Shown: positions 63,231-64,000 of the stretch, one piece after another
Layout of the letters: every line of letters starts with the position of its first letter
Numbering within the stretch: the stretch's first letter is position 1
Origin: Prorocentrum cordatum
Taxonomy: Eukaryota
Direction of reading: 5' to 3'
NCBI GenBank assembly: GCA_963575745.1
Contig: CAUYUJ010000004.1
Location: 62,001 to 126,000 of the forward strand
Length of the DNA: 64,000 nucleotides
Notes under the pieces: model-generated
Databases searched by the model: none
What the model was told of the DNA's origin: nothing
Seen by the model: the letters and a program-made list of their open reading frames with translations, nothing else
Program-made: the position numbers and the translations under genes

Positions 63231-64000
63231 TTGAATTGTCATTCTTGATAAAAGTATTGATCCCCCCTGGTGCCCGCTGCGCTTTTCAATTCAAGTGCTC
63301 CTCCGAAGGGGTCGCACCCTATTTCTCATAAGGGGAAACCTGAAGGGTCAGAAGGGGTCGCGGCAACCGAACTGCAAGAACAAACGCAACAACAACAATT
63401 TTAAGACGGTTCGCTCTTATCTGCTCACGTGCCATTCAACACGTGTGTCCCAAACCCTCGATACCCGCCCTCTTCGTCTTCTATCGTGCCCCTTTGGGAT
63501 ACCTGCCACTGTGCATTTAGCGAAGACAACCTTTTAAACAGGGGAAGACAGGACGGATGGAAGGGGAGGGAGAAGGATGGAGCACGAGAGGAGTTAGCAG
63601 GCGGGGGTCTAGGAGCAGAAAACACGTGACAGAACCAGACGGGCAGATCAGACGGGCAGACCCTAGCGGGCGGGTCGGAAAGGCGGGCCTGGGCGGTCAG
63701 GTCGAGCAGGCGGGTTGCTGAAGCGTGAGTCCTGCACGAATCGCGAGGAGGTCTCGAGCGACAACGCGATTCCCAAGTGAATCGCGAGAGGGCCAAAGCG
63801 AGAGCATGATTCCTGAGTGTCGAGGGCGCGGTGTCTGAATAAATTCAGGAAATCCCGCGCGAGACCGCGATCCTTGCATAAATTCTAAGGGAGCCCCGCG
63901 CGAAAGCGCGACTGTGGAATAACCTGTGAGGAAGTATAAAGAGGGAACTGTTGAATTTTATTTCAAAAGAATAATTCGTGTTGATCCCTCCCTCTGGTAA

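Overview
Eukaryotic, almost certainly dinoflagellate, intergenic DNA: near-exact copies of the dinoflagellate spliced leader (DinoSL, DCCGTAGCCATTTTGGCTCAAG) lie at 49362 and 57470. I can support no host gene. The window is a stack of decayed retroelements separated by microsatellites. (1) A 5'-truncated Ty1/copia element (~2900-15426, +) whose pol frame runs on into a ~2,700-codon extension containing an apparently complete Tpt1/KptA (NAD-dependent RNA 2'-phosphotransferase, ADP-ribosyltransferase fold) domain; this is the most unusual item. (2) A perfect 251-bp-arm foldback abutting a ~16-kb unit bounded by ~208-bp inverted repeats. That unit holds a DIRS-type element (YR fragment, gag, RT/RNase H; minus strand) interrupted by a full-length copia element (LTRs, 4-bp TSD, PBS) carrying a C5 cytosine-methyltransferase-like domain. 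(3) A second, degenerate DIRS (gag, DNMT-like, RT, RNase H, YR). (4) Two LINEs that each start exactly at a spliced-leader copy. Across most of these elements, conserved codons are repeatedly broken by the same change, ApC to GpC (GpT to GpC on the other strand). All domain calls are motif recognition by eye, not database searches, and many boundaries are approximate.
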